A stretch of 20,228 nt of DNA, taken from the NCBI GenBank assembly GCA_038245905.1, contig JBBRRY010000046.1:1-20228 (forward strand). The letters are read 5' to 3'. Under the pieces are notes generated by a model. It did no database searches. It was not told the DNA's origin and was given only the letters and a program-made list of their open reading frames with translations. Made by a program: the position numbers and the translations under genes. This document shows positions 1 through 8,569 of the stretch, piece by piece (positions within the stretch are counted from its first letter, which is position 1; every line of letters starts with the position of its first letter). This DNA is from Thermoanaerobaculia bacterium. GTDB lineage: Bacteria > Acidobacteriota > Thermoanaerobaculia > UBA5066.

Positions 1-401
1 GAGGAGAGGGCGTCCATCGCCTGGGCCCGCGTCGTGCGCGGGACGAGCTCCATCGCGAACGCCGTGACGCCGGCCTCGAGAAAGGGCCGGAGGCCCTCGG
101 GCTCGTCGAGCGGCCGGAGGAACCCGACGACGGCGGCGCCTCTCCTCAGCCGGGCGATGTCGGTCGGGTCCGGCCGATTCACGCAGGCGAGGAGATCGGC
201 CTCGGCGAGCAGGCCCGCGCGGTCGACCTTCACGGTGGCGCCGGTGGCGGCGAAGTCCGCATCGTCGAACCCGGCCGCAAGGCCGGCGCCGGATTCGACC
301 TCGACGGAGAGTCCGGAGGCGACGAGCCTTTTGACGGTATCGGGGGCCAGGGCGACGCGCCGCTCGTCGGGACGCATCTCCTTCGGGATGGAAACCTTCA
401 T
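1..401 (-). CDS. pntA: NAD(P) transhydrogenase subunit alpha, N-terminal part (continues beyond the window edge)
   Basis: Not in the ORF track. Manual translation from ATG at 401: MKVSIPKEMRPDERRVALAPDTVKRL...VEVESGAGLAAGFDDADF...FAMELVPRTTRAQAMDALS. The PKE..ERRVA, VESGAG and PR.TRAQ.MDALS motifs are typical of PntA domain I. Confidence 0.92.
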   Translation of the reverse strand, partial: MKVSIPKEMRPDERRVALAPDTVKRLVASGLSVEVESGAGLAAGFDDADFAATGATVKVDRAGLLAEADLLACVNRPDPTDIARLRRGAAVVGFLRPLDEPEGLRPFLEAGVTAFAMELVPRTTRAQAMDALS

Positions 402-411
402 ACGGGCGGGG

Positions 412-417
412 ATGATA
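412..417 (-). promoter_or_regulatory. Putative -10 box (TATCAT) for leaderless or near-leaderless pntA transcription
   Basis: TATCAT lies 10 nt upstream of the ATG and there is no Shine-Dalgarno in between. Confidence 0.45.
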
Positions 418-464
418 CAGACTCGCCGGATTCACCTCGCCTGACCGTGGAGCGTGAAAGCGGG

Positions 465-508
465 AAAAAGCAAAAGGAGCCCGAGGGGCGCCGGTTCCCC
501 CGAGCTCC
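465..508 (-). terminator. Rho-independent terminator
   Basis: Minus strand GGAGCTCGGGGG-aaccggcg-CCCCTCGGGCTCC hairpin (with G-U pairs) followed by TTTTGCTTTTT. Confidence 0.85.
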
Positions 509-669
509 GGTGAACCCCGGTGAGGGGTCGGCCGGCGGCGGAGCGGCTTTGCGCGTGCTATGCGCTGGTCCTGCGCTGCCCTTCCGAATCCCGGACTGCT
601 GGGGCGGTTTAGTGACCTTGCCTGTGAGCCTTCCGACCGGCCCCGCCGTGAATTCCGGCGCGCGGGGCT
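465..669 (-). ncRNA. Candidate structured ncRNA: long rod with internal bubbles, 6S-RNA-like architecture, identity unconfirmed
   Basis: Bounded by a sigma70-like promoter and a terminator. Nested pairings on the minus strand: 658-645 with 507-523 (imperfect), GGGGCCGGUCGG (644-633) with CCGGCCGACCCC (535-524), then GGCU/AGCC, GGUC/GACC, GCCC/GGGC and UCCG/CGGA, separated by A/C-rich bubbles. Confidence 0.55.
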
Positions 670-675
670 AACTAA

Positions 676-704
676 TCAATAGGGCGCGAAAGGCTTCCCG
701 TCAA
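676..704 (-). promoter_or_regulatory. Sigma70-type promoter driving the candidate ncRNA
   Basis: TTGACG (704-699), 17-nt spacer, TATTGA (681-676; imperfect -10), inside an AT-rich patch in GC-rich DNA. Confidence 0.6.
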
Positions 705-734
705 GGGGAGTTTCGTGCGGCCACGCGCCCCGCT

Positions 735-1565
735 CTAGAAGTAGGCTTGGGCCGTGAAGCCGACTCCCCCCGTTGAGATCATGGGTGCGATGCGGAAACC
801 ATACGTCGGCGGCGGCGCCTCCCCCTGCGTGTCCTCCCGCTGGTGGCGCCTGACGATCGTGCGCCCGATGAGGGTGCCGATGAGGCCTCCCGCGATCACG
901 TCCGAGGCCCAGTGCGCCCGGTCGTGCACCCGGGCGTATCCGACGCAGCTCGCGAGCGTGTAAGAGAGGGCGGGCACGACCCAGCCGTCGGCCCGCGCCG
1001 ACAGAACCGACGCCACCGCGAACGCCTCGGTGGCATGGCCGGAAGGCAACGAGGAATTGCCGGAGAAAGGCCTGAATTCACCCAAGCCGGCTTCGTCTCC
1101 GGGGCGGACCCGGCCGACGGCGTATTTCAGGACCGGTGTCGTGATGCCGGCCGCGAGAATCTCGGCCTCGACCGCGTCGCGGCCGGTGTCGAGGAGCCGC
1201 TTGTCGTGCGTCACGAGACCGCCCCCGAGCGCCACAACCGAGACTCCGACGGCCGCCCAGCTGCCGAGCGGCGTCAAGATGCGCGCAGAGTCGTCGGTCT
1301 TCTTCGAACGGTGGTCCTGAACCCACGCGTCGATGCTCTCGTCGCGCGTGCCGACCCAGACGAGAGCCCCCGAGATCACGGCCGTCTCGGCCCAGTCCCG
1401 GCCGTCGAAGCGGGAGGGAGCGGTGGCAATGGCCCCGCCGTCGCGCAGGTACCTCTTCAGCTCGGCGACGAGATCGGAATCCGTCTTCTGGGCGAACCCC
1501 GGGCCTGCAGCCAGAAGTACAGCCGCCGCGAGAGGTGCGAACCGAAGCCTGCCGGAGAGAGTCAC
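735..1565 (-). CDS. PAP2-family phosphatase with N-terminal signal peptide
   Basis: Motifs KYAVGRVRP (KxxxxxxRP), PSGH and ARVHDRAHWASDV. Start moved to GTG at 1565, which overlaps the upstream stop as GTGA; signal-like LAAAVLLAAGPGFAQ follows. Confidence 0.88.
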   Translation of the reverse strand: MTLSGRLRFAPLAAAVLLAAGPGFAQKTDSDLVAELKRYLRDGGAIATAPSRFDGRDWAETAVISGALVWVGTRDESIDAWVQDHRSKKTDDSARILTPLGSWAAVGVSVVALGGGLVTHDKRLLDTGRDAVEAEILAAGITTPVLKYAVGRVRPGDEAGLGEFRPFSGNSSLPSGHATEAFAVASVLSARADGWVVPALSYTLASCVGYARVHDRAHWASDVIAGGLIGTLIGRTIVRRHQREDTQGEAPPPTYGFRIAPMISTGGVGFTAQAYF

Positions 1566-2596
1566 TTCCCGGCGGGCGCGGCCACGAGCAGCTCGAAGCT
1601 TCCCGCCACCATCTTGCGGCGCGGTCTCGGATTCTCCGCCGTGGCCGGCGGAGCCGGTTCGAAGCGGGCCGTGGGAAGAAAGATCGCATGGGTCTTTGGG
1701 TCGAGGGCCATCGTGCGCGCACCCTCTTTCGTCACGAGGTTCTGGACGACGCGATACGTGTTGGCAGAGTCCTCGTGGATGATCGTAAGCGTTCCGTCGC
1801 CGTTCGAGCTGAAGACGAGGTTCGTGTCTGGGTCGAAGGCCACGGCGTCCGTCCCCTTGCCGATCGCGAGCTTCGCAACGAAGCGTCCGTCCGTCGCGCT
1901 GAGGACCACGAGCGTCTGATTCCCACATCCCGCGAAGAGTCGGCGGGTCTTCACGTCGATCGCGAGACCGGTCGGCGAGTCGCAACCCGCGAGCGCCCAG
2001 TGCGCTTCGACCTCGAGAGTCTTCGGGTTCAACACGACAATCTCGTTCTTGTCTTCGATGTTGACGTAAACGTGCCCGGCGAGATCCGTGACGGCGAATT
2101 CCGGCTTCCCCGCGACGGCCACCGTGCCCGCGACGACGCCTGTCGCACCCTCCACGGCGGTGACGTTCGCGGTCCGGCCGTTGAACGCAAACACGCGGTG
2201 AGAATAGGCATCATAGAGAATCGCGTCCGGGTTCTCGCCCGTCACCTTGACCGTCCCGACGGTCGCGAGCGTCTTCGGGTCGAAGATCGTGATCGTGTTC
2301 GCCCGGCCGTTGCTCGTGAACCCGCGGCCGAGGTCCGGCGCGAGGGCGATGCCGTGCACGCCCTCCGTGTTCAGGATCTCGCCTTCCGCCGCGCCCGAAT
2401 CGGCGTTCAGCACCGCGACTCGGGTGCTCCGCGAGACGTACAGCCGCCGCGCGGCGGCATCCACGTTCAGGTAGTCCCAGCCGCCCTCACCGCCCGCCGG
2501 GAGCGTGCGGGCGATCCGGTAGGAAGGGTCGGCAGCGAAGATCGCGGGCGCCAGGAGCTGGGACGCGGCGAGAAGGGCAGCAAGGAGAAGTTTCAT
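1562..2596 (-). CDS. Secreted YncE/YVTN-family beta-propeller protein
   Basis: Signal peptide MKLLLAALLAASQLLAPAIFA, then GEGGWDYL and repeated blades (GVHGIAL, NPDAILYD, PTGLAID, GTDAVAFD, GARTMALD). Confidence 0.85.
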   Translation of the reverse strand: MKLLLAALLAASQLLAPAIFAADPSYRIARTLPAGGEGGWDYLNVDAAARRLYVSRSTRVAVLNADSGAAEGEILNTEGVHGIALAPDLGRGFTSNGRANTITIFDPKTLATVGTVKVTGENPDAILYDAYSHRVFAFNGRTANVTAVEGATGVVAGTVAVAGKPEFAVTDLAGHVYVNIEDKNEIVVLNPKTLEVEAHWALAGCDSPTGLAIDVKTRRLFAGCGNQTLVVLSATDGRFVAKLAIGKGTDAVAFDPDTNLVFSSNGDGTLTIIHEDSANTYRVVQNLVTKEGARTMALDPKTHAIFLPTARFEPAPPATAENPRPRRKMVAGSFELLVAAPAGK

Positions 2597-2620
2597 GATG
2601 CCCGAGAGCTTGTCACGAAC

Positions 2621-3091
2621 TCAGGACCCCGGCGGAATCGCTCTTCGGACGGCTTCGAGGCGCACCGCGAAAGCCAGGACGATCCAGGTGAGGACGGCGG
2701 CGAGGGCCGGAAGCCAAAGCGGGCCGATGCTCGCGGCGACACCGACCGCGGCCGTCACCCAGATCGTCGCGGCGGTGGTCAGTCCATGCACCTCGCCCCG
2801 GTCCGCGAGCTTCAGGATCGTGCCCGCGCCGAGAAAGCCGATGCCCGTGATGATCCCCTGGACGACCCGGCTCGTGTCGGCGACGTCGAATCCAGCCTCT
2901 CGGCCCGCGACGACGAAGAAGGCGGCGCCGAGCGCGACGAGGATATGCGTGCGGAAGCCCGCGGCGCTATGGACCCTTTCTCGCTGCGCGCCGATGAGCC
3001 CCCCGAGGACGGCGGCGGCGAGCAGCCGCCCGCCCGTGGCGAAGAGATGCGCCGCGTCCGGGAGGGCGAGAGGGCCGGTGTCCAGAGGCAT
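2621..3091 (-). CDS. MgtC/SapB-family membrane protein (short form, no C-terminal soluble domain)
   Basis: Motifs IGAQRE..SAAGFRTH, GIGFLGAGTI and VHGLTTAATIW. Start set at ATG 3091, just after the upstream stop at 3096. Confidence 0.9.
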   Translation of the reverse strand: MPLDTGPLALPDAAHLFATGGRLLAAAVLGGLIGAQRERVHSAAGFRTHILVALGAAFFVVAGREAGFDVADTSRVVQGIITGIGFLGAGTILKLADRGEVHGLTTAATIWVTAAVGVAASIGPLWLPALAAVLTWIVLAFAVRLEAVRRAIPPGS

Positions 3092-3095
3092 GCCG

Positions 3096-4856
3096 TCAGC
3101 CCGTGATCTTGCGCGCAAAGGCGCGCCCCACGAAGCGAAACTTGTCGCCGAGAGGGAAGCGCTTGAGCACCGTGCTCACGACCCCTTGCGTGAAGCGTGT
3201 GCGCTTGCCGTAGTCGACCCTCACATCCACGACGACGGGCCGCCCGGTGCCTGCAATGCGCAGCGCCTCGGCGATGCCGCCCCCGATCCCCGCATCGTCC
3301 CGGATGGACACGAAGGCCGCGCCGGTCGCGAGCGCGATACCTTCGAGCTTGATCTCCCCGAGGACGGTGCACGTCTTGCGGTTGTAGGGGATCTCCTGGC
3401 CTTGCGAGATCTGGGACAGCTCGCCGTCGTGGAAGACGAAGAAGGCGACGCCAACCTGATGCGACGTCGCCGTGAGGATCTCGAGACCCGTCATCAGGAA
3501 CGCGCCGTCGCCCACGATCGCGACGACCTGCCGTTCCGGCCGGGCCAGCTTCGCTCCAATGGCGGCGGGAACCGCGTAGCCCATGCAGTTGAAGTCCGTC
3601 GGGCTCACGAACCCGCGCGGCGTCGTGACGGGGAAGAGCTCGGCGGCGAGGAACGTGTGGTTGCCGTCGTCGACGACGGTGACGGCGTCGTCTTCGAGGA
3701 GCTTCCGGAGTGTGGCAAAGAAGCGGGCCGGGTTGACAAGGTCGTTGCTTCGGGCGAGCCATTCGCCCTGATAGGCCTTCTTGTCGGCGGCGATTCGCGT
3801 TTCCTGCCGCCGTCTCCGTTCCGGGTGCTCGATGCCCCGCTCGACGAGCCGGGCGAGGAGCTTCGGCACGACGGCGCGGGCGTCTCCCGCGATGCCGACC
3901 TTCGCGGGATAGTTCGCGCTGAGAACGGCGGGATCGATGTCCACATGCACGAGATTCGCGGGCACGACGCAGCCGTAGCTGCCTGTCGGAATCTCGGCGA
4001 AGCGCGTCCCGATGGCCAGAAGGGCGTCGCAGTTCCGAAATGCGTTCTCGGCTGCCGGCACGGAGGCCCGCGAGAAGCCCATGCCGGTATGCAGGGGATG
4101 CGTGGCCGGAAAAGCCGAGAGACCCTGGAGCGTGGTCGAGACAGGCGCTCCGAGCCGCTCGGCGATGCGCGCCACGTCGTCCGAGACGTCGACCGCCCCC
4201 CATCCCGCAAAGATGCCGGGGGAGTCGGCCGCCGCGAGGAGGTCGACAGCCGTGTCGAGGAGACTGGCCGAGGAAGTCTCGGGCGCCGCCGGAGCCTCGA
4301 ATACCGGGACGTCTTCGACCATTTCCTGGAAAAGCTGAAGGTTCACGGGAATCTCCACGAAAGCCGGGCCGGGCACGCCCGACATGGCGGTCCGGTAGGC
4401 CGCGAAGATCGCGGGGACGATCTCGGAGTGCGTCTTCGGGTGCCACGATCCCTTCGTCAGGCCCTTCAGCAGCGCATGCTGGTCGAGCTCGTGAAGTTGG
4501 TACCGGAACGGGACGTCCGTTCGCGTCCCTCCGGAGATCACGAGCATCGGGATCCCGTCGAGGAAGGCCTCGCCGATTCCGCTCATCGCGTGCGTCAGTC
4601 CGGCGGCGGGCACGATCAGAAGCGTTCCGATGGCGCCCGCGTTCGTGCGGCTGATCCCGTCCGCCGCGAAGGCCGCCCCCGCCTCATGCGTGACGAGGAC
4701 AGGCTGGATCGTCTCGGACTTGTTGAGCTCGTCGTAAATCTCGGTGTTATGGACGCCTGGAATCCCGAACGTGTGCGTGATGGGGAGCTGCTCCAGCGCG
4801 TGGCGTACGAGCCAGGCCCCCGACTTTTTCGCGCCGATCGTCAGGTGTTTCGTCAT
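3096..4856 (-). CDS. Thiamine-pyrophosphate-dependent enzyme (acetolactate synthase large-subunit-like fold)
   Basis: FGIPGVHN, THEAGAAFAADG (catalytic Glu), MGYAVPAAIGAKLA and GDGAF TPP motif. ATG 4856 overlaps the upstream stop as ATGA. Confidence 0.88.
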   Translation of the reverse strand: MTKHLTIGAKKSGAWLVRHALEQLPITHTFGIPGVHNTEIYDELNKSETIQPVLVTHEAGAAFAADGISRTNAGAIGTLLIVPAAGLTHAMSGIGEAFLDGIPMLVISGGTRTDVPFRYQLHELDQHALLKGLTKGSWHPKTHSEIVPAIFAAYRTAMSGVPGPAFVEIPVNLQLFQEMVEDVPVFEAPAAPETSSASLLDTAVDLLAAADSPGIFAGWGAVDVSDDVARIAERLGAPVSTTLQGLSAFPATHPLHTGMGFSRASVPAAENAFRNCDALLAIGTRFAEIPTGSYGCVVPANLVHVDIDPAVLSANYPAKVGIAGDARAVVPKLLARLVERGIEHPERRRRQETRIAADKKAYQGEWLARSNDLVNPARFFATLRKLLEDDAVTVVDDGNHTFLAAELFPVTTPRGFVSPTDFNCMGYAVPAAIGAKLARPERQVVAIVGDGAFLMTGLEILTATSHQVGVAFFVFHDGELSQISQGQEIPYNRKTCTVLGEIKLEGIALATGAAFVSIRDDAGIGGGIAEALRIAGTGRPVVVDVRVDYGKRTRFTQGVVSTVLKRFPLGDKFRFVGRAFARKITG

Positions 4857-6481
4857 GGAGAGATCCCCGCGATCGTACGCGCCGCGACGCGTCCCGTCAG
4901 GACGCAGCTTCCGAGAAACGTCCCCTCCAGAGCACCCATGCCGTGGATGCCTCCGCCTCCGAATCCTGCCGCCTCGCCAATCGCGTAGAGGCCGTCGATT
5001 GCCTCGCCCGCGACGTCGAGGACGCGACAACCGAGATCGGTTTGAATGCCGCCGAGACTCTTGCGCGAGAGGATGAATTCCCGGATCGCGATGAGGGGCA
5101 TGGCGCGGGAGTCGAGAATCTTTTGAAACTTGCAGAGGCGTAGCCGATCTCCGCGATACTGACGGAACATTCCGATGCGCCGGAGCTGGCCGTCGGTGAA
5201 GTGGGCCGGGCCCCGGTCGATCTCGCCGTCGTAGTCGCGGATGACGCCTCGGATCGTCGTCAGGTCGGTCTCGAGGCCGTCAAGATTGCGCTCGTTCATC
5301 CGGTCGACGAGCTCCGGCAGGGAGCGGGCCGTGACGATGTCGTCCGGGCACTCTTTGGTCAGGCGATCGACCAGCTTCTGGTCTCCGAACAGCAGCTGCC
5401 GCGCCATCAGGAGCTTCTTCTTGTGCCGGAACGCCGTCATGTAGTCGCACCCCGAGACCGCAAGCTCCTTTTTCGCGATCGCGTTGTTCATCACCTGCCA
5501 CGAGTACTGGCCGGGCTGCCGGAGGATGTTCTCCACGAGGAAGCGCGTGTCGGTCGAGCCGACGAGGGGCACGGGGCCGATGCGCTCCCCCTTCGCGTTC
5601 AGCCAGAGCGCCGAGCGGGGCGGGACGAGCGAGAGGCCGTCGTACGGCCTGCGCTTCGCGGGGTGATGAATGCCAGCCGCGTAGTGCCACTGCTTGTCGA
5701 GGTGCGTGAGGTTGCCTCCGGCGCGCGCCACGGCGTCGTGCATCGTCCCGTCTCCGAAAGCGTGCGCTCCGTTCAGGAGCACCTTCGGAGGAGCGCCCCA
5801 CGGCCCGAACCAGTTCGCGCGCACCTTAGAAAGGTCGCCTCCGCAGATGCCTCCCGTCGCAATCACGACTCGATCGCCGCGCGCGACGAACCGGCCGCCG
5901 CTCCCAAGGTCAGTGCCGACAAGACCGGTCACGCGCCCGTTCGCGACCTCGAGGTCGTCGACGGCGTGCCGGAAGCGGATCGTGAGGTGAGCCGCGCGCG
6001 GATGAGCCGCGAGCGCGCTCACGACGCGTTCGATGATGGCGTGGCCCGTTCCCCAGGCGATGTGCCACCGGGGTACGGTGTTACCGGGCACGAACATGCC
6101 GCGTTCGGGCCAATTCACCACGGGCAGGAACTTTACCCCGACGCCGTCGAGATAGGCGTGGATCAGATCGAGCGAACGATCGCAGTAGAGCTGCGCCCAT
6201 CGGCACGGCCAGGAATCGCCTTCGCCGAACCGCGCATACGAAAGCCAGTCCCGGAGGGCGAGCTCGGGCGAGTCGGCAATCCCTGTCCTTCTTTGCTGCG
6301 GCGTGCCGATGAGATGCACGCCTCCGAACGATTCCTTCGCGAGGCCGCCGAGCTTCTTGGGCACGTCCTTGTCGAGGAGGAGAACCGTTTTCCCATGCTC
6401 GAGCAGCTCGTGCGCAGCCACGAGCCCCGCGAGCCCCGCGCCCGCGATGACGACGTCCGCCTGAAGCACCTGTTCGGTCAT
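4853..6481 (-). CDS. FAD-binding dehydrogenase (succinate dehydrogenase/KstD flavoprotein superfamily, COG3573-like)
   Basis: DVVIAGAGLAGL Rossmann motif, GGLAKESFGG, RKSLGGIQTD and GLYAIGEAAGFGGGGIHG..ALEGTFLG. Start ATG 6481. Confidence 0.88.
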   Translation of the reverse strand: MTEQVLQADVVIAGAGLAGLVAAHELLEHGKTVLLLDKDVPKKLGGLAKESFGGVHLIGTPQQRRTGIADSPELALRDWLSYARFGEGDSWPCRWAQLYCDRSLDLIHAYLDGVGVKFLPVVNWPERGMFVPGNTVPRWHIAWGTGHAIIERVVSALAAHPRAAHLTIRFRHAVDDLEVANGRVTGLVGTDLGSGGRFVARGDRVVIATGGICGGDLSKVRANWFGPWGAPPKVLLNGAHAFGDGTMHDAVARAGGNLTHLDKQWHYAAGIHHPAKRRPYDGLSLVPPRSALWLNAKGERIGPVPLVGSTDTRFLVENILRQPGQYSWQVMNNAIAKKELAVSGCDYMTAFRHKKKLLMARQLLFGDQKLVDRLTKECPDDIVTARSLPELVDRMNERNLDGLETDLTTIRGVIRDYDGEIDRGPAHFTDGQLRRIGMFRQYRGDRLRLCKFQKILDSRAMPLIAIREFILSRKSLGGIQTDLGCRVLDVAGEAIDGLYAIGEAAGFGGGGIHGMGALEGTFLGSCVLTGRVAARTIAGISP

Positions 6482-6516
6482 TGGTACGCCCGCTGTGCCG
6501 GGCCCTAAGCAGCGGC

Positions 6517-6566
6517 ATTCTAGCTGCCGGTCTGCGCGTGTCACGGATCCGGGACGCCGCTAAGAT
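6517..6566. promoter_or_regulatory. Divergent promoter pair
   Basis: Minus strand TAGAAT (6522-6517) ahead of the FAD gene. Plus strand TAAGAT (6561-6566) lies 7 nt before ATG 6574 (leaderless geometry). Confidence 0.6.
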
Positions 6567-6573
6567 GGCGCGC

Positions 6574-7365
6574 ATGGCGGTGACGACCAAGGGAACGGAA
6601 AAGGGCGTCCCGGATGCGCTCGCGCGGTTCGGCTTCTTCGCGCGCGGGCTCGTCTACGTTCTGGTGGGAGGGATCGCGGCGCGGGTGGCGCTCCTGCAGC
6701 GCGGCCGCGCCAACGGCCCTGCGGACGCGCTCGCCCGGACGCTGACGGGCTTGAGCGGGCGGCTCGCCCTCGCGGTGGTGGCGGCGGGCCTCTTCGCTTT
6801 CGTGCTCTTTCGCGCCGCGCAGTGTGTGCGCACGCGCAGGCGCTTCGCGCAGATCGGATACGTCGCGAGCGCGTTCGGAAATCTCTTCCTTGCGATCGCC
6901 GCCGTACGCATCCTCTTCCATCTCCACGCGGGTGGAGACGCCGCAGGGCTGCGCGAGCTGGGGTCCCGCCTCGTTGCGACGGCATGGGGACGCGGCGCCC
7001 TCGAGCTCGGAGGCGCGATCGCCGTCATCGCGGGCGGCGTCGAGATCGCGCGCGCGATCCTCGGCAGGCTCCCCGCGGACTTCACCGCGGCAATCATGGT
7101 TAAGGAGAGGAGGAGGTGGACGTCCCTGCTCGCCCGGGGCGGCGTGTTCGCGCACGGCGTTGTCCTCGCGGTTGTGGGCCTCTCCATCAGCCGCGAGGGG
7201 CTCGAGGCGAACCCCCGGGTGCTCATCGGCACGGAGGCGGCGCTCCGCACGATCAAGAGAGCCGACGCTGGCCCGGTTCTCTTCGCGCTCGTGGCCGCGG
7301 GCCTCCTCGCTTACGGTCTTTCGCTCCTCGTCCTGGCGGCGCATCGTCGACGCCGTTCGACGTGA
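6574..7365 (+). CDS. DUF1206-family multi-pass membrane protein
   Basis: Repeated units ARFGFFARGLVYVLVG and ARGGVFAHGVVLAVVG, C-terminal LVAAGLLAYG, about six hydrophobic helices. Confidence 0.8.
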   Translation: MAVTTKGTEKGVPDALARFGFFARGLVYVLVGGIAARVALLQRGRANGPADALARTLTGLSGRLALAVVAAGLFAFVLFRAAQCVRTRRRFAQIGYVASAFGNLFLAIAAVRILFHLHAGGDAAGLRELGSRLVATAWGRGALELGGAIAVIAGGVEIARAILGRLPADFTAAIMVKERRRWTSLLARGGVFAHGVVLAVVGLSISREGLEANPRVLIGTEAALRTIKRADAGPVLFALVAAGLLAYGLSLLVLAAHRRRRST

Positions 7366-7369
7366 CGCG

Positions 7370-8569
7370 TCAGATGACGCCGTTCTCCTTCAGGTTCGCG
7401 AGGTCGGTTCCGGAATATCCGAGCCGGTCGAGGATTTCGGCCGTGTGCTCGCCGAGCCGCGGCGGCGGGGTCTCGATCGCCGCCGGTGTCGAACCGAAGA
7501 GCGCGGGGAGGTTGAAGAGAGGAAGCGGCCCGATGCCCGGCGCGTCGACCGTCTTCAGCGTCCCGCGGTGGACGACCTGCGGCTGGTGGAGCGCCTCGTC
7601 GAGTCCGAGGATCTCGCCCGACGGGACGCCCGTGGCGTTCAAGAGCTCCACCCACTGCTTCGTCGTCTTCCCCACGAGCTTCGCCTCGAGGAGGGGCGTC
7701 AACGCCTTGCGGTTCTTCTTCCTCGAGTCGCGCTCCTGGAACCGCGGGTCGACCTTCAGCCCGGGAACGCCGAGGGCGTCGCAGACGGCCTCCCATTGCT
7801 CCTGCTTGTTCGCCGCGATGTTGACGTAGCCGTCCCGGGTCTTGAAGACGCCGCTCGGTGCGGCCGTGAAGTTGTCGTTCCCCATCAGGACGGGCTGCTG
7901 GCCGCCGATGAGGAGGTTCGCGGCGACCCAGCCCATCAGCGGCATGATCGCGTCGAGGAGCGCGACGTCGACCATCTGCCCCTCGCCGGTCCGCTCGCGG
8001 TGAAAGAGGGCCGTCATGATCGCGAACGCCCCCGTCAATCCGCCGACCGTGTCGCAGAGAGGGAAGCCGCAGCGGAGCGGGTTGAGCCGCTCGTCGCCGT
8101 TGAGGGCCATCGTCCCCGAGAGCCCCTGGATGATCTGGTCGTAGGCCGGCTTGTCGGCGTCGGGCCCGTCCTGGCCGAAGCCCGAGATCGCGCAGTAGAC
8201 GAGGCGCGGATTCACGGCCTTCATCGCGTCCCAACCGAAGCCGAGCCGCTTCATCACGCCGGGGCGGAAGTTCTCGACGACGACGTCGGTGTGGGCGACG
8301 AGCTTCCGGAAAATCTCCTGAGCCTCTGTTTTCTTGAGGTTCAGCGTGATCGACTTCTTGTTCGCGTTCTGAGCGAGGAAGCTCGTCCCCATCAGCTCCC
8401 TGTTCAGCTTCGGGACGTTGCCCAGCTTTCGTGCGAGGTCGCCATCGAGCGGGTTCTCGACCTTGATCACCTCGGCGCCGAGGAGCGAGAGGTGGAGCGT
8501 CGCGAACGGGCCGGAGAGCACGTTCGTCAGGTCGAGGACGCGGATCCCTTCGAGGGCTTTCTTCGTCAC
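7370..8569 (-). CDS. Family III CoA-transferase (CaiB/BaiF)
   Basis: LEGIRVLDLT.VLSGPF, LGAEVIKVE, NANKKSITLNLK, DVVVENFRPG, AISGFGQDGP and PPRLGEHT. GTG 8569 overlaps the upstream stop as GTGA. Confidence 0.93.
   Translation of the reverse strand: MTKKALEGIRVLDLTNVLSGPFATLHLSLLGAEVIKVENPLDGDLARKLGNVPKLNRELMGTSFLAQNANKKSITLNLKKTEAQEIFRKLVAHTDVVVENFRPGVMKRLGFGWDAMKAVNPRLVYCAISGFGQDGPDADKPAYDQIIQGLSGTMALNGDERLNPLRCGFPLCDTVGGLTGAFAIMTALFHRERTGEGQMVDVALLDAIMPLMGWVAANLLIGGQQPVLMGNDNFTAAPSGVFKTRDGYVNIAANKQEQWEAVCDALGVPGLKVDPRFQERDSRKKNRKALTPLLEAKLVGKTTKQWVELLNATGVPSGEILGLDEALHQPQVVHRGTLKTVDAPGIGPLPLFNLPALFGSTPAAIETPPPRLGEHTAEILDRLGYSGTDLANLKENGVI

Noticed and set aside
560-615. Resemblance of the RNA to SRP domain IV (GGAAGGGCAGC) or to the NAD+-I (nadA) aptamer (ACUAAACC/GGCAGCG)
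   Set aside because: The SRP CAGG-stem-GNRA arrangement is absent and the nadA-like similarity is only a few bases; no assignment is possible without a covariance-model search.
34-671. Plus-strand ORFs 34..444 and 447..671
   Set aside because: The first is antisense to pntA; the second overlies the structured RNA and terminator. Neither looks protein-like.
3096-4856. Calling the TPP enzyme ilvB
   Set aside because: No regulatory subunit or ilv context, and the motif is atypical.
6421-6440. Tandem repeat CGAGCCCCG x2
   Set aside because: It simply encodes AGLAGL in the Rossmann motif.
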